Below, piece by piece: positions 11,696-24,959 of a DNA stretch of 64,000 bases (position 1 is its first letter; each line of letters starts with the position of its first letter). The stretch is taken from contig JASCQW010000132.1 in assembly GCA_030264375.1 (NCBI GenBank), positions 89,949,275 through 90,013,274 on the forward strand. Direction: 5' to 3'. Under the pieces are notes generated by a model that ran no database searches, was not told where the DNA came from, and worked only from the letters and a program-made list of their open reading frames with translations. The DNA comes from Carcharhinus longimanus (taxonomy: Eukaryota). The position numbers and the translations under genes were made by a program.

Positions 11696-11998
11696 GAGAC
11701 ATTAAATTGAGACCCCGTTAGCTGTCTCAGGTGAATGTAAAAGATCCCATGTTACTATTTTGAAGAAGAGCTTGGTGAGCTACCACCCACAACTTGAGCA
11801 ACATTTATCCTTCATTTAAGTTCACAAAAGCAGATTCTCTTGTCATTACCACATTGCTGTTAGTGGGAACTTATGTGCATATTAGCTGCCATGTTTCTTA
11901 CAATACACCACATTCAAAAGCACTTAATTGATGGTAAAATGCTTTGAGACATTCAGGATCGTGAAAAGTGCTATATAAATACAAACCTTTCTTTTTTT
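11696..11998 (+). mobile_element. Deu-domain SINE (SacSINE1/AmnSINE1-like), 5' truncated
   Basis: gagacattaaattgagaccccg...gtaaaagatcccatg...gaagaagag...cacattgctgttagtgggaac, with L2-type tail gtgaaaagtgctatataaatacaa. Confidence 0.75.
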
Positions 11999-12040
11999 TA
12001 TTCACTCATTACCCACCCTCACACTTTTAACGAAACACAA

Positions 12041-12877
12041 AGGGTGGAATTTTCTACTTTGCTCATAGAGTGCTGGCCAAGGAAAACCTGCATGCAGCTT
12101 TCCAGCTATGCAGCCCAGTTTTTTACTCCAGATAATCCAACACTCTGTGCACAAAAAAGCCTGGAGGCATGGCTCATGCTGTCACAGTGTCAGGTCAGGG
12201 CCTGATAGAGCTGGCAATGTCGGCTGTAAAAAGGGTGGCCTTTACAAAGTCCATTCCCACCCCCCTGATATGGGCAACCAGAGCCCCACCCCGCATACAC
12301 TGGGGCAACCCTCCCAATGGATAAGCAGAACCCTCNNNNNNNNNNNNNNNNNNNNNNNNNNNNNNNNNNNNNNNNNNNNNNNNNNNNNNNNNNNNNNNNN
12401 NNNNNNNNNNNNNNNNNNNNNNNNNNNNNNNNNNNAGAACCCTCCCCACCCCTGCAAGCATCAGGGCAACCCCCCTGCCCCTCATAAAATGGGAACCCCT
12501 TGGCACTGCGAGGTACTGAACATGCAAGTCCCTCTCCCTCCGATAGCTATACTTAACTTTCTGTCCCAGCAGGTTCCTTTGGCCTGGTTCACATTTTTCA
12601 AAAACTGTTGTAAATCTTGCCAACATGATGTCATGCTGGTGAGGGTGAATTTTTGTCGTGGGGGCAATATTCGGTGGGGAAGCCCTTTGATTATATTATA
12701 ATTTATGGAAATAAGATTCTCAACTTTTCTTTGAGGGAACCTCTTTACACCATCGGTAGGGGCGGAGAAACTCAAAGAAGGAGATTTCATCAGCGAGATT
12801 TTCATTTTTGGAGTCTTGAGATTTTGTGCCCACATCACTGTTTGTGCTCATAATAAACAAGGGCACAAAATCACCCT
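12041..12877. mobile_element. Non-autonomous Harbinger-like DNA transposon
   Basis: Termini agggtggaattt / aaaatcaccct, 3-bp TSD CAA on both sides, and a GC-rich C-run interior. Confidence 0.65.
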
Positions 12878-13667
12878 CAAGATCTCAGATATTTTCCTGA
12901 TAGGCTCGAGAAAAGGATCTCCAAAAGTTCCAATGAAGTTATATTTCAGACATTGACTTTTGAGATGTCATTGCTAACTTACGATGAATTGGCAGAAGCA
13001 GGGAGACCAGTTTAATCGAGTGCTTACACATTTTACTGGACTGCATTTTTCTGATTCACATAGAATGCCCTTTTTGACAAGTTTGTTTTGTGAAGGTGCT
13101 GTATAATGTAATTGTCTGATTCAGAGAACTGCCTGTCATCAGGCTGCGGGGAGGCAACTTTACATAATCCCTTTTTAATGGCAAATAGGAAAAGAATGCA
13201 GTTAATCAGCTGGTGAAACACATCCTGTGCCGAATTGGAAGTGTCAGCTGATAATTTGCAAACTGGATTGCAGAGTGCCTTAGTCCCCTTTGGTCAATAT
13301 TTGAAAAAAAACAATTATCATTGCTTGCTGTTTTCCAGCCTTTAACTGCCTATGCTTTTATAGTAACTTTGATTGGCATTTCACTCCTGCAGCTATGAGT
13401 GGTGGTAAGCAGGCAGCTGATGTCTCTGTCGGTCTGCTGCATCTAATGCAGATGCCAGCCTGTAGGCCGAGCAACATCTGACACCAGCTCTTGGACTCGA
13501 CGGTGCTCTGAATTATTTTTTATTTGTTAGAAGTACAGCTTTGCAGCTTGACACGTTGAGCTTTCTAATGGCCATGGTTTTACTGGAATAACATCAGAAC
13601 GGAGTATTAACTGAAAATTGAATGTTTGCACTATTGCAGAAACCAGACTACAGTATTGGCCAAGATG

Positions 13668-13755
13668 TATAAAGATAGATATATATGTCTGTGTGCTTAT
13701 AGATATATAGATATATACAATATATAGATAGATGTTATATATAATATGTGTGTAT
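13668..13755. repeat. Degenerate (TA)/(GATA) microsatellite
   Basis: gatagatatatatg...atatatagatatatacaatatatagatagat. Confidence 0.75.
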
Positions 13756-14147
13756 AAAAAAGAGTAATTAATGGAATAAGTTGGGATTGAAGCCAGTAAA
13801 CTGTCTTAAATTTCATAAGATCTTTACATAACATTTTTGGTGAGAATTATCCTAACATTGAGTGATGTCGGTGGAACATTTGGGGAAAAAAGCTGCAAAA
13901 ATATTGGAAACATTGAAAAATATTTAAAGCATACATCAGGGAGAGAGTAAAGCTCTGCCTTTACTGTCTCATCGATCTTGTTATCCAGTCCACCACAATC
14001 AGTCTCAATTGTTCCACTTCCCAGACTAACCCGCTCATGATTTGGAGTAAGAGTACCTATTTAGTGTCAACGTTGAGCAGTTTTTCCTATTTATTTCTGC
14101 CTGGAGAAGCCAGGTTGAGATTAGTCCAGTCTCCTTTTATACACAGT

Positions 14148-14272
14148 GGGCGGGATTTTACAGCCTCGCTCAAGAGAGACCGGAAATTCCCGCCGGAGGT
14201 TAACGGAGATTTCCATTGTTGGACCTCCGCCCATTCCGATTCTATGGCTGGTGAGGTGGTAGAGTTCCGGTA
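14148..14272. mobile_element. Harbinger-like MITE (family A)
   Basis: gggcgggattttacagcctcgctc...aaattcccgcc...gtagagttccgg, homologous to 8449-8574 (reverse) and 56928-57054. Confidence 0.7.
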
Positions 14273-14530
14273 GATCTCTCTGAACAGCCGATTAGGGAGA
14301 CCCTCATCCCATCAATGTGTTGAGATTTTACTCATCCATGCTAAAGGTGAATGGATAAATTAACCAACTAGCCCTCAGAATAACATTTACTCATCTTTTT
14401 TCATCCACTGCTACCAATGCCACAAAGAATGATTGCTCAGAACTTGCAGGCATACAATGATGACAGAGACAGGAATGATCACAGCAATGAAAATCAGTCA
14501 CAAATCAGAGAAATTGATGCAGGAGACAAT

Positions 14531-16955
14531 GGACGGAATTGTCCCCAAAAATTTCTAAGTGTCACAACAGCGAGAATAATGGAGTGATCCGCGCCACAGT
14601 TTGCCAACACTTAGAGCACTAACAGAACTATCATGTGATGCACACTGTTATGGAGTTTCCAGTTGTGCCCAAAGTGGCTGCAACTGTGCACCGTTTACAC
14701 AGAGGGAGCTGCATTTAAACACTCCCCCAATACTCACAGCCATTCATGCCAGGAAGATGGCAGCATGCAGACCAGCCTTGCAGCCGGCCACTGGACACCA
14801 TGGAGGAGAGGCAGGTCATCCTGTACCTCCCAGAGGGCAGATGACTGAGGAGCAGGGACTTAAATGTGGCCNNNNNTGCTGTGGCTGTGGCAGTCAGTGC
14901 CCACGGCCTGAAACTAAGGACTCGTGCCCATTGCTGGATGAAGATGAGTGACCCCATTTGTGCTGCAAGGGTGAGTGTCCATCTGTCTCGTCCTGGCATC
15001 AGTCCCATCCGTTACACCTGAAATCTTCACCTTGACCCACTCCTGGACACCCCACAACCGTCCAGCACTTGATCCCCCAGCATCCTTCTCAAATCCCTCT
15101 TGCACCGCCCATCACAACCCTTGTCTGGCGAGCACAGTGCCAAGCTACAGCACCCATCCCTCCCTGCCCCCTCTCCTGAGCCCACCAGCCATCAAGCTCT
15201 CAATCATTCCCTTGTGTCCTTGCAGGAAAAGAATGTGCAGGGGAAGACAGATGGTTGACCAACAAACTGCAGCTCCCAACTCCCTTCAAGGAGTGCATGA
15301 TTGATCTCACAGGCGAGGCTCCTGAGAGGGCTGAAAGCAACTGTGATATTGGCATGCGCCACAGAAGTGAGGATCCACCAAACCTTCATCCATTTAGATC
15401 TTTCTCAAGTAAGGGCCAAGTTGTCCTAATACTCATCCCTCCCTTGCACTTCCCCAGGTGTCTTCTATTGCAGGAATAACATTGGATGAGGCCTGGCCTC
15501 AGGAGTTGGTGCCCACTCTGCATCCCCCAAAAGTTCTCCCCCCGTGATCCAAGCAAGCACCTTGGAGGAAAGCTCTGAGGAAACCACCAACCATGTGTCA
15601 GGCACCACCTGCACTGTCCACCAGCGCAGAGACACATACCCTCGGTGGGTGGAATTAGCTTTAGGGTCACTCTCTGGTGAGCACCACACAGCTGCTAATG
15701 CACATCAAGTGGAGGTGAAAACATCCAAGGATTGGGCAGGCAGAGGTCTGCCAGAGTCAAGGAAATAGCTGGCCCACAGCCAGATGCTGGACTGCTAGAA
15801 ACAGTTGTCACAGAATGGCTGGAGTTGCAGAAACAGAGTACTGGACAGGGTGTCTGAGACATTCAGCAGCTGTGAGGCTTGTAATGGTTCAGGTTAGAAA
15901 CTCCAAAGTGTTTTATCAGGCCCACCTGATTTATAAGTTTTGCCTTTTGAATTTGGTTAGGATAAGCGTGAGATGTTCCACTTCAGGTGTGATTCAAATG
16001 ATCCAATAGGGAGCTTTTATCAAACAAAGTTTATTTAAGAATATAGTTAACATGTGTAGTAAGAAAATTAGCAAGAACTTGTATCAATTACAAACAAGAA
16101 ACAAAGCAACTCATAATGAATATTTCTAATATGTTCCAATTAAAACCAAAATCCAATAAACAAAACCCTTTAAATGGGTTTATCACTGCACAGGCTAAAG
16201 CTCGCTTAATATTGGAATCCAGTTCCCTGGGATGAATGCTGATTTCAAAAGATCTTGAAAACTCAGTGCGGCTTGTAGTCTTCAAAATACCAAAACATAG
16301 ATTCTTTATTGCAGGATGGCAAACAAGATGGTAACTTGTAAAACTTTCAAAATAAAAACAGGGACACTTTTCTTTCACCAACGCTTCTCATTCTGCAACC
16401 AAATCAAAACTAAAAACAATCCTTGTCACATGATCAGCACAGTTTTTTTTCTATTTCTCCTCCCACCAATGACAACACCTCAGGCTGTGAGCTGCAGAGA
16501 TCATGATTTTTTTTAAAAAAAATCTCTTAAAGTGACACTAATGTCACAAACTGTTTGGAGGTGTGCCACAGACCTCAGGTGCAAAATATGGTACCAACGT
16601 TGCGTGGTACCAGGCCGATATGACAAGGGCAGCAACCACGGTAAAAAGCCTGGGACAGGAAATGAATTCCATAGGTGGCAGGATCCAAGGCATGGCTGAG
16701 TCGCTGAGGCCCATGGCTGAGAGCCCCGAGAGCATGCTTGAGATACAGCAGGCAATTATAGAGCGGCTTCAGAGCTTTGTGAGGGCTCACACGTTCTTTC
16801 TGGGTGCGAATGGGCGCAAACTGGTTTGCGCCATTAGAGTGGGACTCAGAGAATTGCAAACTGTTTGATGCCGGGTACAATACGGATTTGTAGGCTCCAT
16901 TCTCCTACTAATGGCAATCTACTGACGGTGCATGGCAAGGTTAGAGATTCGCCCT
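14531..16955 (+). mobile_element. Harbinger transposon relic carrying a Myb/SANT-like pseudogene
   Basis: TIR-like ggacggaattgtccc. 14791-14970 reads LDTMEERQVILYLPEGR*LRSRDLNVAxxAVAVAVSAHGLKLRTRAHCWMKMSDPICAAR, followed by a gtgagt donor, with acceptor ccttgcag at 15218-15225. The right end is uncertain. Confidence 0.65.
15880..16548 (-). mobile_element. Solo LTR (probably Gypsy-type) inserted in the Harbinger relic
   Basis: AT-rich 669-bp block with TGT...ACA termini that interrupts GC-rich Harbinger sequence. AATAAA on the minus strand at about 16030. Flanks ggct/aact could be a decayed 4-bp TSD. Confidence 0.6.
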
Positions 16956-17552
16956 CTTGTGATTCAAGTTTGTGCTGTTTGTACATTTGTTGAATTTACA
17001 GAAAGTAGGGCTACCCCTGGTCGTGGTCGTGGTAAACTGATAGCTGTTGAAGTGAAGCTTTATCCAATTGAACATACATTGTATTTGTTACATTAGCTTA
17101 TCTGTGTTCCATTTTCAAATTGATTTTCTCTTCTTCTAAATACTCCTTGCCTGTTGAAAACAATTTTCCACCTATTAGACAAGCAGGAGCAGCTTTAATC
17201 CTGCTTTTGGAACTGTGCTGTGTGTTATGCCTGAAAACACAGGGCAATTTATCTGCAGAATTACTACCACCAAAATTCAGCTGAAAGGCAGTAATTTGGT
17301 TTTGATATAATGTTCTTAGTGGATCTGAAATACAACGGTGGAAATCACATTTTACTTCTATCCATTACAAGATTTCAGCTTTGGCTTTTCTTTATCTAAG
17401 GTTTTACTGATTAGATGGGAACATGTGTTAGAAAGTTCAATCTATTGTGAAAGTGCCCCCAACAATAATTAAACAGCTTGGATGGATTCAAAGCAAAATG
17501 CCAGCAATCTGCTACAATGACATTTTTCATCTATTTTATAACATATTTTCTC

Positions 17553-17866
17553 ATAGATAGAATCCCTAGAAAAATAGAATCCCTACAGTACACTATTTCA
17601 GCTCATCGAGTCTGTACAGATCATGTCCCACCCAGGCCCTATTCCTGTAACCCTTATTTACCCTGCTAAATCCTCTGACACTATAGTGAATTTATCATGG
17701 CCAATCAACCTAGCCTGCACACCTTTGGACTGTGGGAGGAAACCAGAACATCCAGACGAAACCTATGCAGACACTGGGAAGAAATGCAAACTCCACACAG
17801 ACAGTGATCCGAGACTGGAATAGAACCTGGGTCCCTGCCGAGGTGAAGCAGCAGTGCCACCATGCC
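17553..17866 (-). mobile_element. HE1/V-SINE
   Basis: tagaatccctacagt tail ... aaactccacacagacagtga ... gcagcagtgccaccatgcc. Confidence 0.85.
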
Positions 17867-18448
17867 AGCAGTTTTTTATTCTTGCAATGTAGAACACATT
17901 TCTCACCTTTTGCACTGTTCCATCTTACTGTTCTATTTTGTAATTGTCAACTAATAAACTAGGATGACATATTAACGTCAAATAGCTTTTCATCTGATCA
18001 TTTTGTTGAGTGGGCTATGCCAGAATTTCTGGCCAATGTAGCTAATTTTTGCACATCTTTGACCTATTCTACAGAACAAGTTGGTAAATTACTCAATTAA
18101 TTTCCCTGTAACAAATGAAGCAGATAAGTTCTTTCCTGAAATAAGTTAGCAATATTTTTAATGGACTGTTGTCTTCATAAAAATTGCAACTTGATTATGA
18201 AAATTAGATTGGAATGCACAATACATCACTTGCACATGAAGTGATGCTGGTGAAATGATGTATAATTCTTATCTCACCTTAAATCAGAAAGAGACTTAAT
18301 CAAATACTTTTTATATAGATAACTCTTTAACACTACCACTATGTGTTTTGACAGGTTGCGTAACTTATTGTTTGGCTGATTACTTTGTGAACATTAAGGA
18401 GTGTAATTTTGCAATCAATAACTACATTTTGTTTCTTAGTCAACTGTT

Positions 18449-18638
18449 GTGCGGGTTTCCTTCAGGTGTATTGGTTTCCTCCCACAATCTAAAAGGTGTG
18501 CTGGTCAGGTGCATTGGCCATGCTAAATTCTGCCTCAGTGTACCCAAACAGATGCCGGAGTATGGCAACTGGGAGATTTTCACAGTAACTTCATTGCAGT
18601 GTTAATGTAAGCCTACTTGTGACACTAATTTAAACTTT
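18449..18638 (+). mobile_element. V-SINE with type 2 tail, 5' truncated
   Basis: gggtttcc...tttcctcccacaatc...cacagtaacttcattgcagtgttaatgtaagcctacttgtgacactaat. Confidence 0.85.
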
Positions 18639-21600
18639 TAATAATGCATGTATTTCTGTTTAGTACCACAGAATGTACAATGAATTGAAATCACAGCGGT
18701 TCAGTGTGCAATAAAATAGTGTTAGAAATTAAACATTGGAAATTTGCAAAGCCTGATAGTTCTGAACATTTTAGACATGTGCACACCCATCCTCTAGTCC
18801 CAAGTGTTTGTATTTTGGACATTATACTATAGTAACCGTTCTGAAATTCCTTGAACTCATGCCCACACTGAAGTGCTGTGTTTACGAATGTGTACTTCTG
18901 TCTGGACTTCAATAATTACAGATATTACAGAGGTCCCTCAAGATATAAACAGGAAATCTGTAACCATGGTAAACTGTCAACAGGGAAGCTCAAATGATGC
19001 AATTGTTATTCTGCTAACTAGGCTCAGCAGGATGACACACTGAAGGAGAGTATTGTTTCACTTGGTGTATCATGTGCTGCCTCAGTCGAAAGACCCATTG
19101 TTTAGACTTATCTACCCTGCACCCAAGATGCTTGAAATGTTTGTTATATGATTAATGTATGAATCAAACTCCTAAAGTTCCCTGGGCTCAGTTCTTCATT
19201 TATAATGATTACAGTTGAAGGAGCTCACCTTTATCCTTGTTCATAATATAAAATTCTCTATGCGACCAAAATTTCTTCTGCAGGCAAAATTAAGTTGATG
19301 TTGAACTTGTGAGAATAATTATTTGGTTGCAAAACCCATTAATTTATATCATATGATCATTGTCATCTCGATTCATAAGAGACTACATAATTGTTTGGGC
19401 AAATGTTAGGTCTGAGATCTTGAAGAGGCCCATTCAACTCATAAGACAATGTAACCTCCTGTACTGGAGCAGCCTCATGTTCCAAGTTGCTCATCAGCCT
19501 AAAGATGATGTGATGAAAAATGAATAGCAACTGCCTTCAAACTGAGGCATGGAATGGAATGTTAGGAACCAAACACAACTCTGTTAATGCAGAACTTAAA
19601 AAGCAATGGCTTTGGCATGATAAGTGCTAGATAATGCAGCTAATATCAACCTACATTGACATAAGGAAAACAACCTCCAAGAGAATTATATTTATCTATT
19701 GCAGGCTTCACTTGGATGGCAGTTGAAGTATGCTGCTACCAACATGAAACCTGTGTTTCTATGCACAACCTTTCAGCTATCATGGGGATATTGATTGCTG
19801 TTCTGTTTTATACCAATTGAAAGGAAGATGGTCCTACCAGCTCTTTTGATTAGCAGAGCACTCAGCAAGACTACAGATGATTTTGCATAACTTGGGAATG
19901 CACAAATGCAAAATTTCACAGCCTTCCCAATTCATGTCCATGAGTGTTCACTGTAAACCCGCAGTCCCCCACATGATGCAAGTATTTTTTGAATTATGTC
20001 CTCAATTGCATTATAGCCACTTCAGAACTCTTTTACCAGGATATGTTACCCTCAGGCAACAGAACAAATCTCACTTTAGGACAAATAAGTTTGAGGGGTA
20101 AAATGTACCTGTGCCAGAAGTGAATAGTAAATCACTGGCTCATTCAATACCGCACCAAATTTTCTTTGAGTCTAATAGAAAGAGAAATAGTGAGAGTTGA
20201 TAGCCAGTTCACTGTCAGTCCATTGTACAATTGTGCTGTAAGCCGTAAATCTTTCTCCACCTCAACCAAACTGCCCCCACCCCCCTTGGTGTTTTTGAGC
20301 AGAATCTGAATCCTATGGACGTTCACAAGAAAAGGAATGTATATAGAAGCCCATTTATTGATCTTTATTTGTACTCACTTAACAATGCAGAACAACTCTG
20401 TATTGAATGCTATTTTAGTGAACAAAAAAGACGCATTTAAACCTGACTAAAGGGTTGTTTTGGACATGTGTTACATATTGAGGGCTAACACCTCACTTTG
20501 TGAAATAAATTATTCTAAACTTTAACAAGAAAGACTATTCAAGGACTAAGAAATGGTCAGTGTGCAATCTACTCACTTTAGAATGGCACTGAATGGTCTG
20601 ACTTTCCAGAGATGATGTGGCAGATATTCAACTGGTGTGAAAATGAAGTACAAATCTTCTGTCCATTGCTGTCAGTTTTGCTTTACCTTTTCAAACATGC
20701 TTTAATTATTGGTGCAATACACACCATAATTCCTGAACTTGTTTGGCTCTCTCCATAGACAGCAGACGTTTTGTCAAAAATGATATACTTTCAGCAATCC
20801 TCCACACTGAGAGTTGTAGACATCTGCTTTCTCTGAATATGGATTGCTGGCATAGAGCTGTGAGTGCCTGCCACAGATATTGGAAACTTGCAGGCATGAT
20901 CTGTACATCTGGCAAATGAGGCTCTCTATCAGTATGTGTACTTCGAAATTCTGCCCTGTAATGTCACAGTTCAGTTTGCAATACTTCTTGTTGAATTATA
21001 TCACCACAGTCCAGTCCTTACTTAAAGCAAGAAAATATCTGTTTTGTGCACAGTATGCTGGCAATTGCCAATACTGCTTCAAAGGTACTTATGGCTGCTT
21101 ATATTTGAATGGCCTTATGCATTGCCGTCACTGCATGCAGATCTGCTGTTTTAAAAAAAAGTGAGCAAGATACAAATTACAGCTGAGTGCAAAGAGATCT
21201 GCTCAGTTCTAAATCTGAATTTATAGTGGAGAAAATCAGGTCCTATAAGTGCAGGAATAAATCAGACCTTGAAACGTAATCCTTCTGATTAGCTCACAAG
21301 CCTTTAGTTTTGTAAAAGTCCCACTGAGATTAAGTTTACAGGAATAAATCAGACAATGGACTTTGCCTTCTCGTATCAGTGATACTTTTGCTAATCTTTT
21401 AACCAGCATTGAAAAGTCAGTCCAATGCACTGAAAATTTTATATTGAGTTTTGTTGACTGTCCAGCCCAAATGTTAATGTATTTTTGACACAGAAATGTT
21501 GTCCAAATGCATGAATGATTGGTCAGAATAATTTTAATGCCTTTTACATTGCTGCGCATTATTAGTTCTGGTTGTGAGAACTGTAAGGTAAAGGAAGAAC

Positions 21601-22599
21601 AGCAGCTTTTACAATTCATGTCATCAGTTGAGATCAATTTGGATCTGCCCAAGTAAAATGCATTGAAGCAATGATTACAGAATACTGCCCTCTGTGTTTG
21701 GAATCCTTAGTTGAAATCCAGTTTGAAATCTAATATGCTTTCTAATTACTTCATCAGGCCTCATCCACAGAAATTGGATGTGTCGGTGGTTAGTGCAGAT
21801 GTAATATAGGTTGTACAGCTGGCAGAACCCAATTAATGACAGTAAGGTTGTCAGTATCTTTAGCTGGCTGCACAGTAAATGTCCTATGATGCTTTAATAT
21901 TATTGCTTTACATATGCACTGTAACAAAATTGCTTAAAGGACTGGGACAATGTGAAGGGTTAGGTGCAAGGTTGGGAGTTCTGATATATGATGTATAAAT
22001 GGTGAGGAATTTCCTGATGTAGAGTTTCTCCTGATTAATTCCTGTGACTTTGGTGACTATTCAATGGCAACTCCATTGATACAGATAATCTCATCATGTT
22101 TAACATTAAAGGTTCGGCAGATTCATTTAATTTATAAATTCTTGTGTTCTATCCTGCAATTATTCCTGCTTAGGACCTGTCTTTGCTGGACATCGCTCCT
22201 CTATTGTCAGAGCTGACAGTAGTATATTCCCTACCTCCCAGAATTTTCCAAAACTTCACCTTCAGTTAATTAGCATGAAAATTCTTTTGTAATATTAAAG
22301 GCATCAATCTGACAAGGTCAGTGTCTGCCTTCTCATTCATTTCATGTCGTTGTAATTCAGTGGATGCATATTAGCTGATTTCAAATCACAATCTCTGCTG
22401 TTGTCTTTCATGACATCATCTGGCCACTGCTTAAATCGGTACAAGGGAAGGTAAGACATTTAGTGTATCCCAGAGATTCCAGGAACTGTGCAAAAAATCA
22501 GAAGGATGTAAGTTTGCAGAAAAAGACAATATTGTAGTCGCGCCTTCAGCTCTTGCAGCAAACTCCATACCCTCGTCATTGATTGCATCAACCTCTCCT

Positions 22600-23165
22600 C
22601 AATAAATGTCTCAGGTTGGTTCAAATTGTTTGCAATCTTGAAGGCCCACTTGACCTAGATTTGACCTTCTACTCCAGTATTCTGTTCATTGCCAAGACCA
22701 ATTACTTGCACCTTCATTATATCGCCCATCTCTGCCCTGCCTCAGATCAGGTTCTGCCATAATCCCCATCCATGCCTTTGTCATCTCTAGACTTGACTAT
22801 TCCAATACTCTACTTGTCCACCTCCCATTGTCCTGCCTCCATTGGCTTTAAATGATCCCATCTTTACCATCCTACCTCACAACTCAACCACATTTTTCAC
22901 TATGCTTGTTGACTTACAATGGCTTCCATTTCCTGAGTGCATCTAATTTAAAGTTATCATCCTCATATTTAAATTCCATTAGGATCTTGCCCCTTCCTAT
23001 ATCTGGAAATTTCTCTACACTTACAGCTCCCACTTTCTTCACCTCATCAGCAGTGCCTTCAGCCACCTGGGAACTAAAGTCTGGAATTCCTTTCCTAAAT
23101 CTCTCTGCCTCTCTACCTCCCTCTCCTTCTTGACACCTTTAAAATGTCTCTCTTTGGAGAAGCTT
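22600..23165 (+). mobile_element. L2 LINE fragment
   Basis: IHAFVISRLDYSNTLL motif (atccatgcctttgtcatctctagacttgactattccaat), then an L2-type 3' region. Confidence 0.75.
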
Positions 23166-23499
23166 TTAGTCAACAAGGAACTCTGAACATGATCTGAGAC
23201 TCAGAACCAGCAAATGTCTGGAGTCAATGTGTAACTTGAAAAGGACTAATTTCAAATGAATCAGAGAACAATCTAAACCACAAGATTTGGGGAGTTTGTT
23301 CACCAAACCTTCAGGAACAGTCAGGTGGAACACCTTAAAAGGCACAAAAATATTGACCATGCAGGATTAATGTTGCCTACAACCAGCAGGCTGGGATTAA
23401 ATAGGGATGACCTAAAGTGGGTTAACACTTCAAAAGTGAAAAAAAATGGGAAACTGGCTTCCATAACTACTTCAGAGAAAAAGGAGATGGGCTCATTAA

Positions 23500-24590
23500 G
23501 GGGAATATAGGAACATACAGAAATGTCTTGATAGGAATTGAAAAGGTATGCAATTAGGAAGGCAAGGCCAATGGTATGTTAACCTTTATTGCAAGAAAAT
23601 TAGTAATGACTTATTAAAGTCAGCTCCCATCATAACCAGGAGCCAAATGAAAGTAAGTTTTGCAATCAATTTCAAGTAAAATACAAAAATACAAAAAAGA
23701 GAAAGAAAGTTAAAGTACAATATTCAGGCCAAAATCACTGGCAACATCGCCGCAATAGCGTTGCCATCAATTCACCAGGCATTGTCTATCAATCAAACCA
23801 CTGCCCTCCATTGAATGCAGAAAATCTTCCTGGTACCACTCTTTCCAAATGCAGCTGTAGTCCTTCCACACAAAGGAGTATAAAAGGAAGAACCTTTTTA
23901 TGCAATTATATAGGACTTCAGTGAACCTTAGATTGAGTACAGTGTAGAATTGGCTGCTTTACCAAAGGAAGGAGGTGCGACGACAAAGATTTATTTGATT
24001 ACTTCCTAGGGTAAGAGGGGTAACCTATGTGAGTAGAACAGACCTTTATTCTCTGGGTTTTAGAAGAATAAGAGATGATCTTTGAAACATTTGAGAGGAC
24101 TTGACAGGATAGCTGCTGGGAGGCCTTTTCCTCACACTCACTGAAGAATTAAAACTAAGGGTCATGGGTTCAGGATAAGGTTTCAGCCATTTCACATGAG
24201 ATGAAGAGAAATGTCTTCACTCAGATGGTTGTGAATCTTTGGAATTCCCTACCCAGGGGCTGTATACATGGAGAATGATAGATTTTGAAAACTAAGAGAA
24301 TTGTGAGATAGGACCACGAAGGTGGAGTCGATGTAAAATTTCAGCAATGGTCTGAGTGAATGGGGGAACAGGCTCGATAGGCCATATAGCTTACTCCTGC
24401 TCCAATTTCTATTTGGATCTTCTAAAGAGACGCATAAAAAAAATTGCCCCAAGCATAAAGCCTAAGTGCAAGAATTTCTTCCAGTCCTTCGCAGCAAGGG
24501 GATAGTTAGAGAAGCATCATGAACTTTACAAAAAATGTAAATGTTTACTTCCTCCCAGTATTTGCGAAGGAAGACATGAATAGCATGCCC
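23500..24590 (+). mobile_element. Degenerate CR1 LINE fragments
   Basis: gcaattaggaaggc...aatggtatgttaacctttattgcaag, tttagaagaataagagatgatc, gttgtgaatctttggaattccctacc, and 3' end actcctgctccaatttctat. Confidence 0.7.
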
Positions 24591-24591
24591 C

Positions 24592-24850
24592 TATAAGACC
24601 ATAAGATATTGGAGCAGAATTAGGCCACTCAGCCCATTGAGTCTTCTTCGCCATTCAATCATGGCTGATAAATTTCTCAACCCCATTTCTCCGGCCTTTT
24701 CCCTGTACCCTTTGATACCCTTATCAATCAAGAACCCATCTATCTCTGTCTTAAATATACTCAATGGCCTCATCTCCACAGCCTTCTGTGGCAATGAATT
24801 CCATAGATTCACCATCCTCTGGCTGAAGAAATTCCTCCTCATCTCAGTTC
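24592..24850 (-). mobile_element. Young CR1 3' end
   Basis: ataagaccataagatattggagcagaattaggcc tail. Minus ORF gives EMRRNFFSQRMVNLWNSLPQKAVE. Confidence 0.9.
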
Positions 24851-24959
24851 NNNNNNNNNNNNNNNNNNNNNNNNNNNNNNNNNNNNNNNNNNNNNNNNNN
24901 NNNNNNNNNNNNNNNNNCATTCCCCAAACAGAGTTTATCCAGGCCAAATTAATGACATT

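Noticed and set aside
12108-12701. Long ORFs spanning N gaps (also 26182-26805 and 28851-29399)
   Set aside because: Their length is inflated by Ns and they lie within repeats.
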